Program-made: the position numbers and the translations under genes | The notes under the pieces: generated by a model | Seen by the model: the letters and a program-made list of their open reading frames with translations, nothing else | What the model was told of the DNA's origin: nothing | Database searches by the model: none | Source: Cyanobacteria bacterium P01_F01_bin.150 | GTDB taxonomy: Bacteria > Cyanobacteriota > Cyanobacteriia > CAKZMO01 | DNA: 64,000 bases | Reading direction: 5' to 3' | Assembly: GCA_039189765.1 (NCBI GenBank) | Contig: JBCCYL010000005.1 | Location: 1 to 64,000 of the forward strand | In this document: positions 18,701-30,444 of the stretch, in pieces | Layout: each line of letters opens with the position of its first letter | Numbering within the stretch: the first letter of the stretch is position 1

Positions 18701-21700
18701 TCCATCGCTGGAAACTGACTTCAGCCTATCTTGGGATGTTTCAGAGGCCCTGGACCCCAGTAATCTCCAGAATCTGGGCAGTAAACCCACCGTTGAATTT
18801 GGCGATGTCACGTTAGATTTAGGCAAGTTTATTAGCACCGTTGCCGATCCGGTTTTGGATACGATGCAAACGATTCTGACGCCGTTGGAACCAATTGTCG
18901 ATGTTCTTACCGAGGATATTAACTTAGGATTTACCCAGTTCAGTTTGCTCGATATCGCCGCAGAGGCCGGTTTTATTGATGAAGAGACGGTAGAGTTCGT
19001 GCTGGCATTGGAGCAACTGGGTAATCTGATCGATTTAATTGATTCGAATACGAGCAATGAGATAGTCAAAATCAACTTAGGCGGGTTTGATTTTGGTTCG
19101 ATTGATTTACGCGCTCCGAACTTTGATATTAGCCAGGTGACGCCAGAGTTCCCGTCTGGGTTCAATCTTCAGGATGAAATTCCCGAAAATAGTTTTGAAT
19201 CCACGTTCGTTGCCACGGCGGAAACGATTCCGGGCGGCGGCCTCCAGTTTCCATTGCTGACCGATCCGACCCAAGCGTTCAACCTTCTGTTGGGAAACGA
19301 TGTAACTATTTTTGCCTATGATTTGCCCTCATTTCTATTCACCTTGAGCCAAAACTTTTCCATCCCCGTTATCGGTCCCTTATTTATTGATTTCAATGCG
19401 TCGGTGGGGGCATCAGCGGGCATCAGTGGCTTTGGCTATGACACTACTGGACTGCGGCAGTTTGCTGATGGGCTTGATGGGATTCGGGGAACGGCGGATG
19501 ACTTTAGCGATGTCAGTCAAATTTTCAATGGGTTCTATGTGAGCGATCGCGACAATGCCGACGGCACCGGATCAGAGTATCCAGAAGTCAGCCTGACGGG
19601 GGGATTAGAAGCCTCGGCCCAGTTAAACGTGGGCATTGGCAGTGTCGGGGCTGGGGGTGGCCTCTATGCGGGTGTCGATTTTGACCTCAATGATCCCAAC
19701 GATGACGGCAAGGTGCGGGCCGATGAATTTGCCAGTCTGTTGGCGGACCCCCTCTGCATGTTTGATGTCAGTGGGGAGCTAACGGCCCGGTTGTTTGCCT
19801 ATCTCAAACTGGGTGTGGGCATTTTTTCGGCTACTAAGCGAGTGGATAGCCCGGACTTAACGCTGTTGGACTTTAACCACGGGTGTGACGGTAGCCGCGA
19901 TAGTAACGACCCCAATCCTCCTGCCATCGCTGTGAACAATGGCGGGGTTTTAGAGCTACAGACGGGGGGAGGCGACGACGACTTTGTGGTTAGCCTCGAC
20001 CCAGACAATAGCAATACCTTAAGAGTGACGGCCTTTGATGCCCGAAAAGATTTTTCAGCGGCGGCGATTACCAAAATTGAGGGAGATGGTAGAGGCGGCG
20101 ATGACTTTATCAGTGTCGATGAGGCCGTGCTAATTCCGGTTGAATTCTCTGGCAGTGGTGGGGACGATCGCCTGATTGGTGGCGGTAGAAACGATATGCT
20201 GTTTGGCAATCGAGGGGTCGATCGTCTAGAAGGGGGACTGGGCAACGATACCCTAGAGGGCGGTGATCAGGATGATATTTTAATCGGTGGCAAAGGTCGG
20301 GATAGCCTCCACGGTGGGAATGGTGAAGATACCGCCAGCTATATTACGGCGGACGCTGGGATTCGGGTCAACCTCAACGACACGACTCGGAACACTGGGG
20401 ACGCAAACGGCGATACATACACCAGAATCGAACAGATCGAAGGGTCGTTTTATGATGACGTTCTGATTGGCGATGATACGAAAAATGGCCTAGTGGGGCT
20501 TGGGGGTAATGACGAAATCGATGGTAACGGCGGCAAGGATGTGCTGGATGGGGGAGCGGGAGACGATACCCTCAGAGGCGGTGACGACAAGGATACCCTA
20601 GCAGGCGGAGCAGGCGCTGATTTCCTTCAAGGGGGCGGCGATAAGGACACCGCCACCTACACCGATTCGACTAGGGGTATTGTCTTAGATCTGCCAAACC
20701 CGGATCAATCTACTGGCCACGCGGCAGGGGATACCTTTGAAAATATCGAAGTGTATGAAGGGTCCTACTACAACGACACCATCAAAGGAAACAATCAGGA
20801 TGATGAGTTCTTGGGATTGGATGGCAATGACATTTTATTCGGTGGGGGTGGGGCTGATACCTTAGACGGAGGCGAAGGCTATGATATTGCCAGCTATAAC
20901 GACTCCCCCGACGGTCTGACGGTCAACCTGGATAAGCTGAATGACTCCACGGGGTTTGCGGCAGGGGATACCTACAAGGACATCGAAGAAATTCAAGGGT
21001 CCTCTTTTCGGGACACGTTGATTGGTGACGGCAAAGACAATATCCTGGATGGACTGGAGGGAAACAATACCCTGATTGGCGGCAATGGGGCCGATGATTT
21101 AAGGGCGGGAACGGGCAATGATTCCTACGAACTCAAAGGCAAAAAATCGGATGGTGGCAGCATTATTCGCGATCGCGGCGGCAACAACGATAGCTTGACC
21201 CTGGACAAGGTGGAGTTGACCCTGGCGAATCCCAGCAGTGGAACGGTGGGGTTGGGGCGACGCAACAATGATTTGATTATTGATATTAACAAAGATGGAG
21301 AGATCAAGCGGGCCGACGATCTCTCCATCGAGAACTTCTTTGCATCCCGCAATTTCGCGGTGGATGATGTCACGCTCCTGGAAGGCGATAGCGGCACCCA
21401 GCAGGCGGTCTTTACAATTACCGCAGATGGGGCCAATTCGGGCGCAGGCATTGGCTTTATTGAGCGGTTGGATAACCTGTCGGGAACCAGCGTGATTCAA
21501 TTCTTTAATACGGTCAAGGTCGAGTATGAAACGGTTGACGGCACCGCCACGGTCGCCGATCAGGATTATCAAGCGGCCAGTGGCACCCTAAGCTTTGCGT
21601 CCGATGAAACCGAGAAGACGGTGGTGGTGGATATCGTTGGTGACTTAACGGAAGAACTCAATGAGTCATTTACCCTGAGCTTGAGTTCCGAGGACAGCAA

Positions 21701-24700
21701 TATTCTGGACGGCAGCGGACGCGGCACCATTAACAATGATGACACGTCCATTCTGATTGATAGTCAGATGGTCAATGAGGGGGATGGGGATCCCGTCACG
21801 GCAGAGCTGATGGTGCGGTTGTCTACCCCCAGTGAGGAGGTGGTGACGGTGGAGTACACCACCCAACCCGATACGGCTTCAGCAAACGAGGACTATCAGC
21901 CTGTTAGCGATCAACTGCGGTTTAATCCAGGAGAGACAGAGAAGGCGATCGCCATCAACATCACCGGAGACACTGACAGCGAGATCGATGAAACCCTGAC
22001 GGTGCAGCTTAGTAACGCCACCAATGGGGATGTGGGGAATGGTGAAGGGGTGATTACCATTCTGGATAATGATGACCCGACCCTGACCATTAGCGATGTC
22101 ACCCTATTGGAAGGGGACAGCGGCACCACGGCTGCAACGTTTACCGTCAGTTTGGCAAACCCGGCGGCGAAGACCGTATCGGTGGAATATTCGACGCATA
22201 ATCAAACGGCAATCCCAGGTTTGGATTATGTCCCCATTAGCGGGGTGATCACCTTTGCCCCAGGGGAAACCAGTCAAGAGATTACGGTGGACGTGATTGG
22301 TGAACAACAGATTGAAGCCAATGAGCAATTTACGATTGAACTGAACAATAGTGTCAATGCCACGATCCTTGATGGTCGAGGCGTGGGCACGATCCGCAAT
22401 GACGATCGGCTGGAGCTATCCATTAATCAGATTATTGCTAACGAAGGGGATGCGGGCGATAGTACCGACGCCGTCTTTACCGTCAGTCTGTCGGACAGCG
22501 TGGACGACGTGGTGACGGTGGACTACCGCACAGCGGGTATTACGGCAGTTGCGGGAGTGGACTATGAAGACACCAGTGGAACGTTGACCTTCAATCCCGG
22601 TGAAACGGAACAGCAACTTCGGGTGGAGGTGCTGGGGGATGAGGTGATCGAAGCAGATGAATCGTTCCAAATTACCCTCAGCAATGCCAGTGACGGCACC
22701 ATTGTGACCCCGACCACCATTGGCACGATTCGCGATAATGATACCCCTAACCTGGCGATTACCGATGTCATCGTGGTGGAGGGGGATAATGGTCTGACGG
22801 CGGCAGAACTGACGGTGCGATTATCTGAAGCGGGGGGCAGCGACATCACCGTGGACTACCGCACCGAGGACGGCACCGCTGAGCTTGATTTGGATTATCG
22901 CGGCACCCAAGGGTCGTTAACCTTTGCACCGGGGGAACTGGAGAAAACGATTCAAGTGCCGATTGTGGGAGACACTCGGGTTGAACCCAATGAAACCCTA
23001 TCGGTGGTGCTCAGTAATGTCAGGAAGGCGACGGTGGTGAAGGATACGGCCACTATCACCATTGAGAATGATGATTTTGTGGACCTATCGGTGGAGGATA
23101 TTACCGTACGGGAATCCTTTGATGCCGCCCAAATTACCGTGTCCCTGTCTGGCCCCAGTGATACCGAAGTGACGGTGGACTATCGCACGGTGGATCTCAC
23201 CGCAGCAGGGGGGCTGGACTATGGTGCGGAAACCGGAACGGTTACCTTTGCGCCGGGGGATACCAGTGAGCGGATTACCATTGGCTTGGTGGATGATGCC
23301 ATCGCTGAACCCACTGAGCAATTTGGGGTAGAGCTATTGAATGCCAGCAGTAATGTGATGGTGACAGGCGATCGCAGCCGCGTCACCATCCTCGACAATG
23401 ACGCCATTGCTCACTGGCGGCTGGATGAAACCACTGGGAACACCGCCATTGATAGCGTGGGAGGCAATGATGGCATTCTACGCAATGCCCCCACTCGTAT
23501 CCCCGGTCGAGTGAATGGGGGGTTAGAGTTTGATGGAGTGAACGATTTTGTGGCCGTGCCTGATAACAATGAATTAGATATCGGCACCTCCGATTTTTCC
23601 ATTAGTGCCTGGGTCCGATTTACAGATGATGGCCCCGGTACAATTGTGGACGATCGCACCCAAGTCTCTGGTCCGCTCCAAGGCTATGTGCTTTACCACG
23701 ATCGGGGCCGCATTGGCTTCCAACTGTCCGATGGCACGGGCAACCGGGTTAACTATTTAGGGTCTACGCTGGTGATTGATGGCGAGTGGCACCAGGTGAC
23801 GGTGTCGGTGGACCGGGATGATATCAGTGGCGGTACGGTTTATATTGATGGGCTGATTGATGGCAATTTCGATCCCACTGGAGTGAAAGGGTCGATCAGC
23901 AACAATCGCAACCTGAGATTTGGCCGACGTTCAAATAATCCCGCTCCTGAATATTTTGATGGGTCGTTGGATGAGGTGCAGTTGTTTAAGACGGCGTTGA
24001 CAACGGGGGAGGCGATCACGCTGTACTCCAATACCCCCTCTGCCGCCGCATCCGTTAATCCCTCGACGGTCACGCCGTTGAATCCAGTGTTGACCTCTGG
24101 CCCTGAGCAAACCGCTGCGGTGAGTGAGGATTCCTCAATTCTTGTGGTTCGATCTTCGGCGGTGGGTGATTCAACCATTGCAAGTATGGCTGCTGGAACG
24201 GTGGGCAGTGCCAACCCCACGGCTGCGGCTTTGCCCCCTGAGAGGGTAGGCAGTGCCAATCTTACGGCTGTGGCTTTGACCGCTGAGACGGAGGATGGGA
24301 CGGGGACAATTCAGGGGCGGATTTGGTATGACAACAATGGAGACGGCAATCAGGATGCGGTTGAGGCAGGGTTAGAGGGCTGGGCTGTTTTTCTGGATGG
24401 CAATCAAAATGCCATCTTTGATGCCGATGAAGCCTTTGCCATCACCGATGCAACGGGAGCATATACGTTTACCGATGTGCCCACTGGCACCTATGCAGTC
24501 ACCCAGGTGCCCCATGTCAACTGGCAGCAGACCTATCCGCAGACGTTTATAAAGGATGACTTTGAGTCAGAAACATTTGAGGGGTGGTCCACCACTGGGG
24601 ATGCGTCGATTGAACCCAGTGCCGTGGGTGCGTCTTACTCCCTGGGAGATTTTCAGGCTCAAGTCACCAGTGGCCAAGGTGCCGTTCCGGTAGAAGACCT

Positions 24701-27700
24701 GGAAACGTTTTTAGGACTCAGTAATGGGCAGCTCGATGCAACTCTGGCCACGTTGGCGACCACGTTCCCAGATGAGGATGGGTTGCGTACCACCGTGACG
24801 GAAGGCTCTGCCATTACTAAAGAACTCACCGTGGAAGCGGGCGATCGCCTCACCTTTGACTGGCTCTTCGGCACCTTTGATTACGTTGGCTATATGGATG
24901 CGGGCATCGTTTCAATCAGCTCGGACTCAACTGAAATCCTTTCGACGGTCCTCAGTCCCATTGAGGTATCGCCAGCCAATATCTATGAGGAAACGGGTTG
25001 GGAAACATTTTCCTATACGTTTACCCAAGGTGGAACCTTTACGGTGGGGATGGGGGTAGTCGATGCGGGCGATCGCGTCGTGGATTCCCTGCTGCTGATT
25101 GACAACATTACCGTGACCTCCAAGGACTATATTGTCGAGATGGAGGATGGCGAGGTGATTGACGACCTCGATTTTGGTAATGTGCTCACCCCCGCCGATC
25201 AAACCGTCGAGTTAGGAGCCGCTCAGTATACCGTCGCGGAAGGAGACGCTGCGCTGGAAGTCACTGTCACTCGCAGGGGGGACACCAGCGTATTGACCAG
25301 CGCAACGATTGAACTGGTAGACGGCACGGCTCGGAGCGGGGCTGATTTTGATGGGACCTCTCAGAGCGTTGACTTTGGTGTTGGCGAGAGCCAAAAAACG
25401 GTGCTGATTCCCATCAATGATGACACCCTGGTGGAAGCCGCCGAAACCTTTATCGTCCGCTTCGTCAACGGCAGCTCTGATGACAGCACGGCGACGGTTC
25501 CCATTAGTGGCCCCCCCACAACCGTTATTGGTCCTCCAACCCCCCCCATCGCTGAGGTCAACTATCGCCCTGCTGAAATAGGGGCTCAGGATACGGCGAT
25601 CGTGACCATTACCGATAATGAAACGCAGCTCGACTTTTCCCAATCCACTTACCGAGTTCGAGAAGATGGGACCCCGGCAGGCATGGATATCACCGTGGTG
25701 CGCACTGGCAATACCCAACTAACGTCATCGGTGGAATTAGCCCTAAGCGATGGCACCGCCACTGGCGGAACCCCATTCTTTGAATTTGGCGAAGACAGTA
25801 ATGGAGAGTCCACGGTTCAACTGAGGTTCCAAGAGGGCGTTGATTTTGACCGCAGTACTTCGGTTATTGAGGAAACCGTTGTTAATCCTGACGGCACCAC
25901 AGCCATCCAACAAACGGAGGTGAATACCCGGACCCTGGTGTTTGCACCGGGCCAAACGAGTAAAACGGTGACCATTCCAATTCACGATGATGATATTCGA
26001 GAAGGGATTGAATCCTTCACCATCGACCTGGTGAATGCGTCCTCTGGAACGACACTTGGCGATCGCCCCCAGGCCACCATCGATATCCTGGACAACGAAG
26101 GGGGCGAAATTACTGGAACCGTCTGGCATGACTGGAATGCCAATGCGTTATGGAACACGGGCGAAGTAGGATTACCGGACTGGACCGTCTATATTGACAC
26201 CAATGAGAACCAGCAATTGGATGGGGACGAACGCTTCACCACCACCGATGCCAATGGCTTCTATTCATTCCCAGACTTGGCCCCTGGCACTTACACCATT
26301 GCAGAAGTGATTCCCGCCCCCTGGCGACAGACCTATCCGGGAGGGGATGTCAGCTCCCATCAAGTCACCGTCACCCGTGGAGAACAGGTCAACCAAATCA
26401 ACTTTGGCAACACCAATCCCACCTTTGGTTCCATCGATGGCTATGTGTGGAACGACCGGGATCAGGACGGATTCCGAGATGACGAAGAATTCAACCTACC
26501 GGGTTGGACGGTCTATCTAGACATCAATGGCAATGGCACCCTGGATGGGGACGATCTGGCCACGGTCACGGATTCAGAAGGCACCTATCGATTTAATGGC
26601 GTTACCCCTGGGGCCTATACGGTGCGGGAAGTGCTTCAGCCCAACTGGCAACAAACCTATCCTGAGGTTAATGCCGTGGGCGATCGCGTCCACTCTATTG
26701 TGCTTAATCCAGGCGGAGAAGTAACGGATTTGGGCTTTGGCAATGTGAATATCGTCGATCCGGTGGCTTGGTGGCGACTGGATGATCAGACGGGGGCGAT
26801 CGCCACAGATAGCGTTGGCTCCAACGATGGCACCCTCCGCAATAATCCCACCTGGATCAATGGCCAAATTAATGGCGGTCTGAACTTTGATGGGATTGAC
26901 GACTTTGTTACGGTGCCCGATGCCGATGATCTGGATTTTGACACGGATGACTTTTCGATTAGCACCTGGATCCGGCTCACCAATGATGGCCCTGGGATTA
27001 TTTTAGATAAGCGGGTGGAAACCTCGGGTCCGGTTCAGGGATATGTGCTCTTTCACGACCGGGGCCGATTGGGCTTCCAAATGGATGATGGGGTTAATAA
27101 CCAGCGAGTCCAATATATGGGCAATGACCTAATCATTGATGGCGATTGGCACCATGTGGCGATCACGGTGAAGCGTGACAGCCAGACCGGAGGAACGGTG
27201 TATATCGATGGCGTGGAGGTCGATACCTTTGACCCGACGGTGGTTCCAGGTTCCTTAAGCACCGATCGCAATTTGCAGTTGGGTCGCCGCTCTGATAATG
27301 CAGCAGCGGGCTTTTATCGAGGGGCACTGGATGAGGTGCAGCTTTTTAAGGCCCCCCTATCACCGGATCAGGTCTTCGATTTATATACAGAGGGCCGTCA
27401 GGACAGAGTCCCCGGCCCCGGCCAAACCGATGATTCGTTGACAGGCATTAATCCGGTGGTCACCGATCCAACGCTGACTCCAACAACCGATGATCTGTTA
27501 AACAGCGGTGCCTCTTCTGCGCTCAATCTCAATATTGACAACAATGGACTAGGGCAGAACAGCACTAATGCTGAACTCATCAATCCTCTAACAATTGATC
27601 CTCAGGTTGATGGACTGCCTTTAGGCACCATCGATCAAGATGCAGGGAGTGTTAAGCATGATGGACTGTTGGGCGATATGGGACTGTTGAGTTCGTCCTT

Positions 27701-27761
27701 CAGTCCTCAGAGCAGTTTATTGTTGGAGGGGAATGGCGATCGCCCCCTCATCATTGGGTAA
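15723..27761 (+). CDS. Giant (4012 aa) secreted RTX / Calx-beta / LamG / SdrD-B-like protein with putative zinc metallopeptidase domain
   Basis: N-terminal LEELGH domain and HELIHGLGF (HExxH, ~16623). GGxGxD RTX nonamers at ~20070-21130, about nine Calx-beta repeats, two LamG domains (~23400-24030, ~26760-27390) and three SdrD-B/Cna-like repeats. No Sec signal. Confidence 0.9.
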   Translation: MTTFTGTLHAVWESVDQQLQVFLNDADLLGKLSLIFGPSIDHQSAIALIQTLIADDGQPEVEVVSAATINGANGAFAETTGVVYLAEEFLDNNSLDTITAVFLEELGHYLDGRLNQEDALGDEGALFSRLVRGDDLTLEQIQALKSENDWAIAQIHGEAIAIEQDINFTYQAVLPGNLSTIIEAAGTALEDLLNISEPIEVEVRRENFQGNRTLASATPSDYKINFVDEDGTLIDDSSYPIALANQMSGIDIEVGAPDIELKINDALTGITGETLNNQKIYYGLNDGAAADQYDFFGTVLHELIHGLGFVSLINQDGTWLNEPNIYKFDQFIYDTSTSTRIADIDEAVNREPSLESNSITFGSPTDLIYARANNSGNAPHLYAPNPWEEGSSIGHLENDSIMVPERPSGAGHRTVDPVTLGILKDLGWDINVPDVDNIQLEVAEKNEGTGEVTFTVTLSEPSDQDITLQYQTVEDETLGNDTAKSGFLAWITGTRDYKRPKGNQKTITIPAGATSSGDITIELIDDNREEPDETFKIQLFNPANALISPDTLNQGIVTIQDNDGNAPIQAQAQAPATHETNAVVRSAVTHSSNNAFAATTDANGIAALKTGLGAVLANVGDTLTLIEDGISELLAFQTGVDETLGMTALPLLGQFSELGAAPLAFVAEIQAAILDELEAIATDLLQPLYDTVEDLLGDTVDFSTITDDSISDLLEELLRVVTAVDLTNPDPVQVAEDFLAEIKIVLLDIFPSIDATNPDLDETIEDLVIGLSDYITDELNDLLLKPLAPIRQAMVNALGDGPDGLGVLKDVNSDGTIDIDDIGVNITDIEQLQDLENLDLQFELRLGKDENFNQAIAADIGFPGLGLDVDGTAQAGFLLDWELGFGINQDDGFYFDTSFDSELDIGVGAALTAEGVDPLTVEGELGFLKLNVTDSMENPSTLGASFTVDITDPNEDGKLTLAEILQVGFAPTLDLDANINLDLETSLGEGAIFPSLETDFSLSWDVSEALDPSNLQNLGSKPTVEFGDVTLDLGKFISTVADPVLDTMQTILTPLEPIVDVLTEDINLGFTQFSLLDIAAEAGFIDEETVEFVLALEQLGNLIDLIDSNTSNEIVKINLGGFDFGSIDLRAPNFDISQVTPEFPSGFNLQDEIPENSFESTFVATAETIPGGGLQFPLLTDPTQAFNLLLGNDVTIFAYDLPSFLFTLSQNFSIPVIGPLFIDFNASVGASAGISGFGYDTTGLRQFADGLDGIRGTADDFSDVSQIFNGFYVSDRDNADGTGSEYPEVSLTGGLEASAQLNVGIGSVGAGGGLYAGVDFDLNDPNDDGKVRADEFASLLADPLCMFDVSGELTARLFAYLKLGVGIFSATKRVDSPDLTLLDFNHGCDGSRDSNDPNPPAIAVNNGGVLELQTGGGDDDFVVSLDPDNSNTLRVTAFDARKDFSAAAITKIEGDGRGGDDFISVDEAVLIPVEFSGSGGDDRLIGGGRNDMLFGNRGVDRLEGGLGNDTLEGGDQDDILIGGKGRDSLHGGNGEDTASYITADAGIRVNLNDTTRNTGDANGDTYTRIEQIEGSFYDDVLIGDDTKNGLVGLGGNDEIDGNGGKDVLDGGAGDDTLRGGDDKDTLAGGAGADFLQGGGDKDTATYTDSTRGIVLDLPNPDQSTGHAAGDTFENIEVYEGSYYNDTIKGNNQDDEFLGLDGNDILFGGGGADTLDGGEGYDIASYNDSPDGLTVNLDKLNDSTGFAAGDTYKDIEEIQGSSFRDTLIGDGKDNILDGLEGNNTLIGGNGADDLRAGTGNDSYELKGKKSDGGSIIRDRGGNNDSLTLDKVELTLANPSSGTVGLGRRNNDLIIDINKDGEIKRADDLSIENFFASRNFAVDDVTLLEGDSGTQQAVFTITADGANSGAGIGFIERLDNLSGTSVIQFFNTVKVEYETVDGTATVADQDYQAASGTLSFASDETEKTVVVDIVGDLTEELNESFTLSLSSEDSNILDGSGRGTINNDDTSILIDSQMVNEGDGDPVTAELMVRLSTPSEEVVTVEYTTQPDTASANEDYQPVSDQLRFNPGETEKAIAINITGDTDSEIDETLTVQLSNATNGDVGNGEGVITILDNDDPTLTISDVTLLEGDSGTTAATFTVSLANPAAKTVSVEYSTHNQTAIPGLDYVPISGVITFAPGETSQEITVDVIGEQQIEANEQFTIELNNSVNATILDGRGVGTIRNDDRLELSINQIIANEGDAGDSTDAVFTVSLSDSVDDVVTVDYRTAGITAVAGVDYEDTSGTLTFNPGETEQQLRVEVLGDEVIEADESFQITLSNASDGTIVTPTTIGTIRDNDTPNLAITDVIVVEGDNGLTAAELTVRLSEAGGSDITVDYRTEDGTAELDLDYRGTQGSLTFAPGELEKTIQVPIVGDTRVEPNETLSVVLSNVRKATVVKDTATITIENDDFVDLSVEDITVRESFDAAQITVSLSGPSDTEVTVDYRTVDLTAAGGLDYGAETGTVTFAPGDTSERITIGLVDDAIAEPTEQFGVELLNASSNVMVTGDRSRVTILDNDAIAHWRLDETTGNTAIDSVGGNDGILRNAPTRIPGRVNGGLEFDGVNDFVAVPDNNELDIGTSDFSISAWVRFTDDGPGTIVDDRTQVSGPLQGYVLYHDRGRIGFQLSDGTGNRVNYLGSTLVIDGEWHQVTVSVDRDDISGGTVYIDGLIDGNFDPTGVKGSISNNRNLRFGRRSNNPAPEYFDGSLDEVQLFKTALTTGEAITLYSNTPSAAASVNPSTVTPLNPVLTSGPEQTAAVSEDSSILVVRSSAVGDSTIASMAAGTVGSANPTAAALPPERVGSANLTAVALTAETEDGTGTIQGRIWYDNNGDGNQDAVEAGLEGWAVFLDGNQNAIFDADEAFAITDATGAYTFTDVPTGTYAVTQVPHVNWQQTYPQTFIKDDFESETFEGWSTTGDASIEPSAVGASYSLGDFQAQVTSGQGAVPVEDLETFLGLSNGQLDATLATLATTFPDEDGLRTTVTEGSAITKELTVEAGDRLTFDWLFGTFDYVGYMDAGIVSISSDSTEILSTVLSPIEVSPANIYEETGWETFSYTFTQGGTFTVGMGVVDAGDRVVDSLLLIDNITVTSKDYIVEMEDGEVIDDLDFGNVLTPADQTVELGAAQYTVAEGDAALEVTVTRRGDTSVLTSATIELVDGTARSGADFDGTSQSVDFGVGESQKTVLIPINDDTLVEAAETFIVRFVNGSSDDSTATVPISGPPTTVIGPPTPPIAEVNYRPAEIGAQDTAIVTITDNETQLDFSQSTYRVREDGTPAGMDITVVRTGNTQLTSSVELALSDGTATGGTPFFEFGEDSNGESTVQLRFQEGVDFDRSTSVIEETVVNPDGTTAIQQTEVNTRTLVFAPGQTSKTVTIPIHDDDIREGIESFTIDLVNASSGTTLGDRPQATIDILDNEGGEITGTVWHDWNANALWNTGEVGLPDWTVYIDTNENQQLDGDERFTTTDANGFYSFPDLAPGTYTIAEVIPAPWRQTYPGGDVSSHQVTVTRGEQVNQINFGNTNPTFGSIDGYVWNDRDQDGFRDDEEFNLPGWTVYLDINGNGTLDGDDLATVTDSEGTYRFNGVTPGAYTVREVLQPNWQQTYPEVNAVGDRVHSIVLNPGGEVTDLGFGNVNIVDPVAWWRLDDQTGAIATDSVGSNDGTLRNNPTWINGQINGGLNFDGIDDFVTVPDADDLDFDTDDFSISTWIRLTNDGPGIILDKRVETSGPVQGYVLFHDRGRLGFQMDDGVNNQRVQYMGNDLIIDGDWHHVAITVKRDSQTGGTVYIDGVEVDTFDPTVVPGSLSTDRNLQLGRRSDNAAAGFYRGALDEVQLFKAPLSPDQVFDLYTEGRQDRVPGPGQTDDSLTGINPVVTDPTLTPTTDDLLNSGASSALNLNIDNNGLGQNSTNAELINPLTIDPQVDGLPLGTIDQDAGSVKHDGLLGDMGLLSSSFSPQSSLLLEGNGDRPLIIG

Positions 27762-27809
27762 CTCATCTAACCCCTGGTGACCAGTTTCCGGTGAGGTACC
27801 ACCACTATC

Positions 27810-27914
27810 CTGGTGCCCAGACTCCGGCTGGGTACTCTTCAGGAGACTCCGGCTCCGCTGCCTTGCCTGAGCCAGAGTCTCAGGCGGGCTTCCCAGCGAG
27901 ACACTGGGAAGGAG
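27810..27914. repeat. REP-like three-hairpin dispersed repeat (CCCAG..CTGGG / GAGACTC..GAGTCTC / TTCCCAG..CTGGGAA)
   Basis: Clear similarity to 44796-44901, and a half copy at ~52755-52785 on the minus strand. Confidence 0.75.
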
Positions 27915-27922
27915 AAAGGGCG

Positions 27923-28362
27923 ATCGCCATTGTGGATACCTCTGGAGTCAATCTCCTAACCACGCCAAGGAACTCTGGGCCGGAATGATGGCCACATCAA
28001 AAACATTCAAAGTACCTATTATTGGCGGACATCCCAATGTTCATAGCCCCTACGAAGCCTTGTCTGTGGAGATTTTGAGCCGAGCGAAACGGTTAATCAC
28101 CAGCTTCAATGCCCAGCCTGGAGATGTGCGACCGATTTGCAGGGCAAAGTCCACCCCAAGAAACCCTTCTGGGATGCAGCCACAGAAGCCGCCCCACAAC
28201 AGCTCCAGAATGATTTAGCGTTCCTGCCTCAGATCGTATAAGCGGGACTCTGTGATGCGGGGAACGATGTCAGCATGGGCGGATGGTGGGAACAACTCTG
28301 ATGTTGCTGGAAGCGTCGGAGTGTGGAGCAGTCGTTCATTTTGACCAGGTACTCCTACCCCT
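27923..28362 (+). pseudogene. sll0787-family AIR-synthase-like protein, internal fragment with frameshifts and a stop
   Basis: Stitched frames give AIVDT/LWSQSPNHAKELWAGMMATSKTFKVPIIGGHPNVHSPYEALSVEILSRAKRLITSFNAQPGD/DLQGKVHPKKPFWDAATEAAPQQLQNDLAFLPQIV*AGLCDAGNDVSMGG/VGTTLMLLEASECGA. This includes the PurM-like VPIIGGH and DVSMGG motifs. Confidence 0.8.
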
Positions 28363-28607
28363 CAAGCATCTCTCTATCTCGATAGTTGCTGAGCTTTCTC
28401 AGTTTTGGCTTTATTCTCAGTATTCGTCCGTCACAGGCAGAAAAAATCAGTGCTTATTTCGAGAACGAGACTTAGTTAGTAAAACAATCGGCTTCGTTGA
28501 TGAAAGCACGACACTCAAGCTCAATTGGAATCATGAATCGAAGGTCTTTGGGCATTTAGCTACGCAAAGATTGACAGGATTTAGACTATAAAAAATATCA
28601 TCTAAAT

Positions 28608-29300
28608 TTATCTAATAGCTTGACTATCTAAGCTATTGCGAACAAGTGAATATAATTTCACAGACCAACCACTGTAAAATTTAGCGCTACCATTTTTTTT
28701 TAGCTCTATCAAACAACTCTTTACTTCACTTTCTAAAAGTTTAACACGAAATTTTACTTGTTGAACTGAATATTTCTTATTGCCAATAAAATCAGAAAAA
28801 TCCTTTCTAATATCACACTCACCACTTACTGAAATTCTAGCTAAACTATTGCTAGCTATACCAACGTCACTTACTTGCATTTCTGTCAGTTTAAATGATT
28901 TTGCCTGCTTCTCTATCTGCTCTGCCCAGTGTAGAGGATTAACTAAAGAGTCTGTAATGATAAGCCCTAGACCAATCATTTCAGATAACTTGGAAATAAG
29001 GGGTTTAATAGTTCTTGGTGGGTTTAATAGTTCTAATCCTAGGTACCTGCCATTAGTTATATTAAATTCAATAATCATATATTCAATCCTTTGGTTTCTA
29101 ATATTTTCACCAAATGGTCGTTCTTCAGATACATAATAAATATTTTTCTGAATAAACTTCCCTTCGATGGAAGAGCTATTAGATCTAGAAATTATAAAGC
29201 CTTCACCAGCTTCTTCAGTAAATTGCGAAGCTAACATCATAGAACCGATCAAGCTAATTGGGACACTCCAATCAACAAAAAACCATTTATACTTTATCAT
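28608..29300 (-). CDS. Hypothetical protein, third gene of the AT-rich putative defence operon
   Basis: 230-aa ORF with AT-rich codons, 10 bp downstream of the 377-aa gene and preceded by an AGGTAAG RBS-like sequence. Confidence 0.75.
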   Translation of the reverse strand: MIKYKWFFVDWSVPISLIGSMMLASQFTEEAGEGFIISRSNSSSIEGKFIQKNIYYVSEERPFGENIRNQRIEYMIIEFNITNGRYLGLELLNPPRTIKPLISKLSEMIGLGLIITDSLVNPLHWAEQIEKQAKSFKLTEMQVSDVGIASNSLARISVSGECDIRKDFSDFIGNKKYSVQQVKFRVKLLESEVKSCLIELKKNGSAKFYSGWSVKLYSLVRNSLDSQAIR

Positions 29301-29310
29301 TAATTCTTAC

Positions 29311-30444
29311 CTAATTACTGTATTTTTCAACAACCTCCTGGTAAGCAGATCTTGCAGATTTTTCAAGTAGATCTAACATGCTTTTATTTTCTGATTGGCT
29401 GAATGATTTTCGAGTAATTTGAAAACTATCATCATTTCCACGTTCAAAATAACCTTTATAAGAATATGCAAAATGGTTGCAATTAACTGGCTCTTTAAAT
29501 AAAGCCTCAAACTCAACTTTTCTAGAATTAGTGATGTGTCTATCAACAGAAGTCCATACAATTTTAGATATAAAAAATCCTTTATCATGTAACTGATTAA
29601 ATTCTGAAGAATGAAGTACTCCGACACCATCAAGGACAGCCTTTCGAATATAACCTGTGACTTCATTTTCTAATTCTTCTTCCATTTCTAATTCTTCATC
29701 AGGCTCTAATTCTTCATCAGGCACTAAATTCTCCTTGTCAGAGACAGTCATTGGTAAATGATAAATACTTACTATCACAACATCATCTAGCTGGTAGCCT
29801 TCAATAGAATGGATTAAACGCTCAAAGAAAAAGCTACGAGCCTTAGGATCTGGGAAACCCAATAAGGATATATTCTGTGTTTTTAATTCTGCTCCAGTAA
29901 CAGAAGATATATTTCTTAATATTTTATCCACGCAATCATCAGACTTATCATTTGCTGGCCGTCGAATAATTAGCGACGTATCAGTTGATTTAATTTCAAG
30001 CTCTATCTTTTTTGTATTTTTTTGCCTTAACTCATTTTTAGAAAAGTCAACTTCTTCATAAGTAATAGATACTTGAGTAGTGTCACCTGATTGATTGATC
30101 TCACATACTTCTCCTACCTGATGAGAATCATCTTTAAATGTTTGGCATGCAGATATAAGGTCTGACATATTTACATTTGCATCAACAACACTGCTTGTCA
30201 TTTTCTCTTTTCTTTTTCCACCTTCCAAGAAAGAATATATCTCTTTCAAATCATGATAATCAATGTAACTACGTGAAATATAAGCTGCGATTTCTGCTTG
30301 ACTTGCATTATGAGAAAGAAATATTCCTCGCTTTCGGAGAAAATTTAGCAACTTATCTTTTGAGATCTTTTTCTGCATTAAGCCATCGAATATACTTTTA
30401 TCAGAGATGAAAAAAGTTGATGGGCCAAAATGTTTGTTATTCAT
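29311..30444 (-). CDS. Hypothetical protein, GapS4b-like partner of the nuclease
   Basis: 377 aa; start overlaps the upstream stop by 8 bp. The LRKRGIFLS...K.EK.TS pattern is recalled from GAPS4b-like proteins. Contains an acidic EELE repeat. Confidence 0.55.
   Translation of the reverse strand: MNNKHFGPSTFFISDKSIFDGLMQKKISKDKLLNFLRKRGIFLSHNASQAEIAAYISRSYIDYHDLKEIYSFLEGGKRKEKMTSSVVDANVNMSDLISACQTFKDDSHQVGEVCEINQSGDTTQVSITYEEVDFSKNELRQKNTKKIELEIKSTDTSLIIRRPANDKSDDCVDKILRNISSVTGAELKTQNISLLGFPDPKARSFFFERLIHSIEGYQLDDVVIVSIYHLPMTVSDKENLVPDEELEPDEELEMEEELENEVTGYIRKAVLDGVGVLHSSEFNQLHDKGFFISKIVWTSVDRHITNSRKVEFEALFKEPVNCNHFAYSYKGYFERGNDDSFQITRKSFSQSENKSMLDLLEKSARSAYQEVVEKYSN

Noticed and set aside
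27791..28591. Three small + strand ORFs (65, 77 and 102 aa) as genes
   Set aside because: They are a REP-like repeat and frameshifted pieces of the sll0787-like pseudogene.
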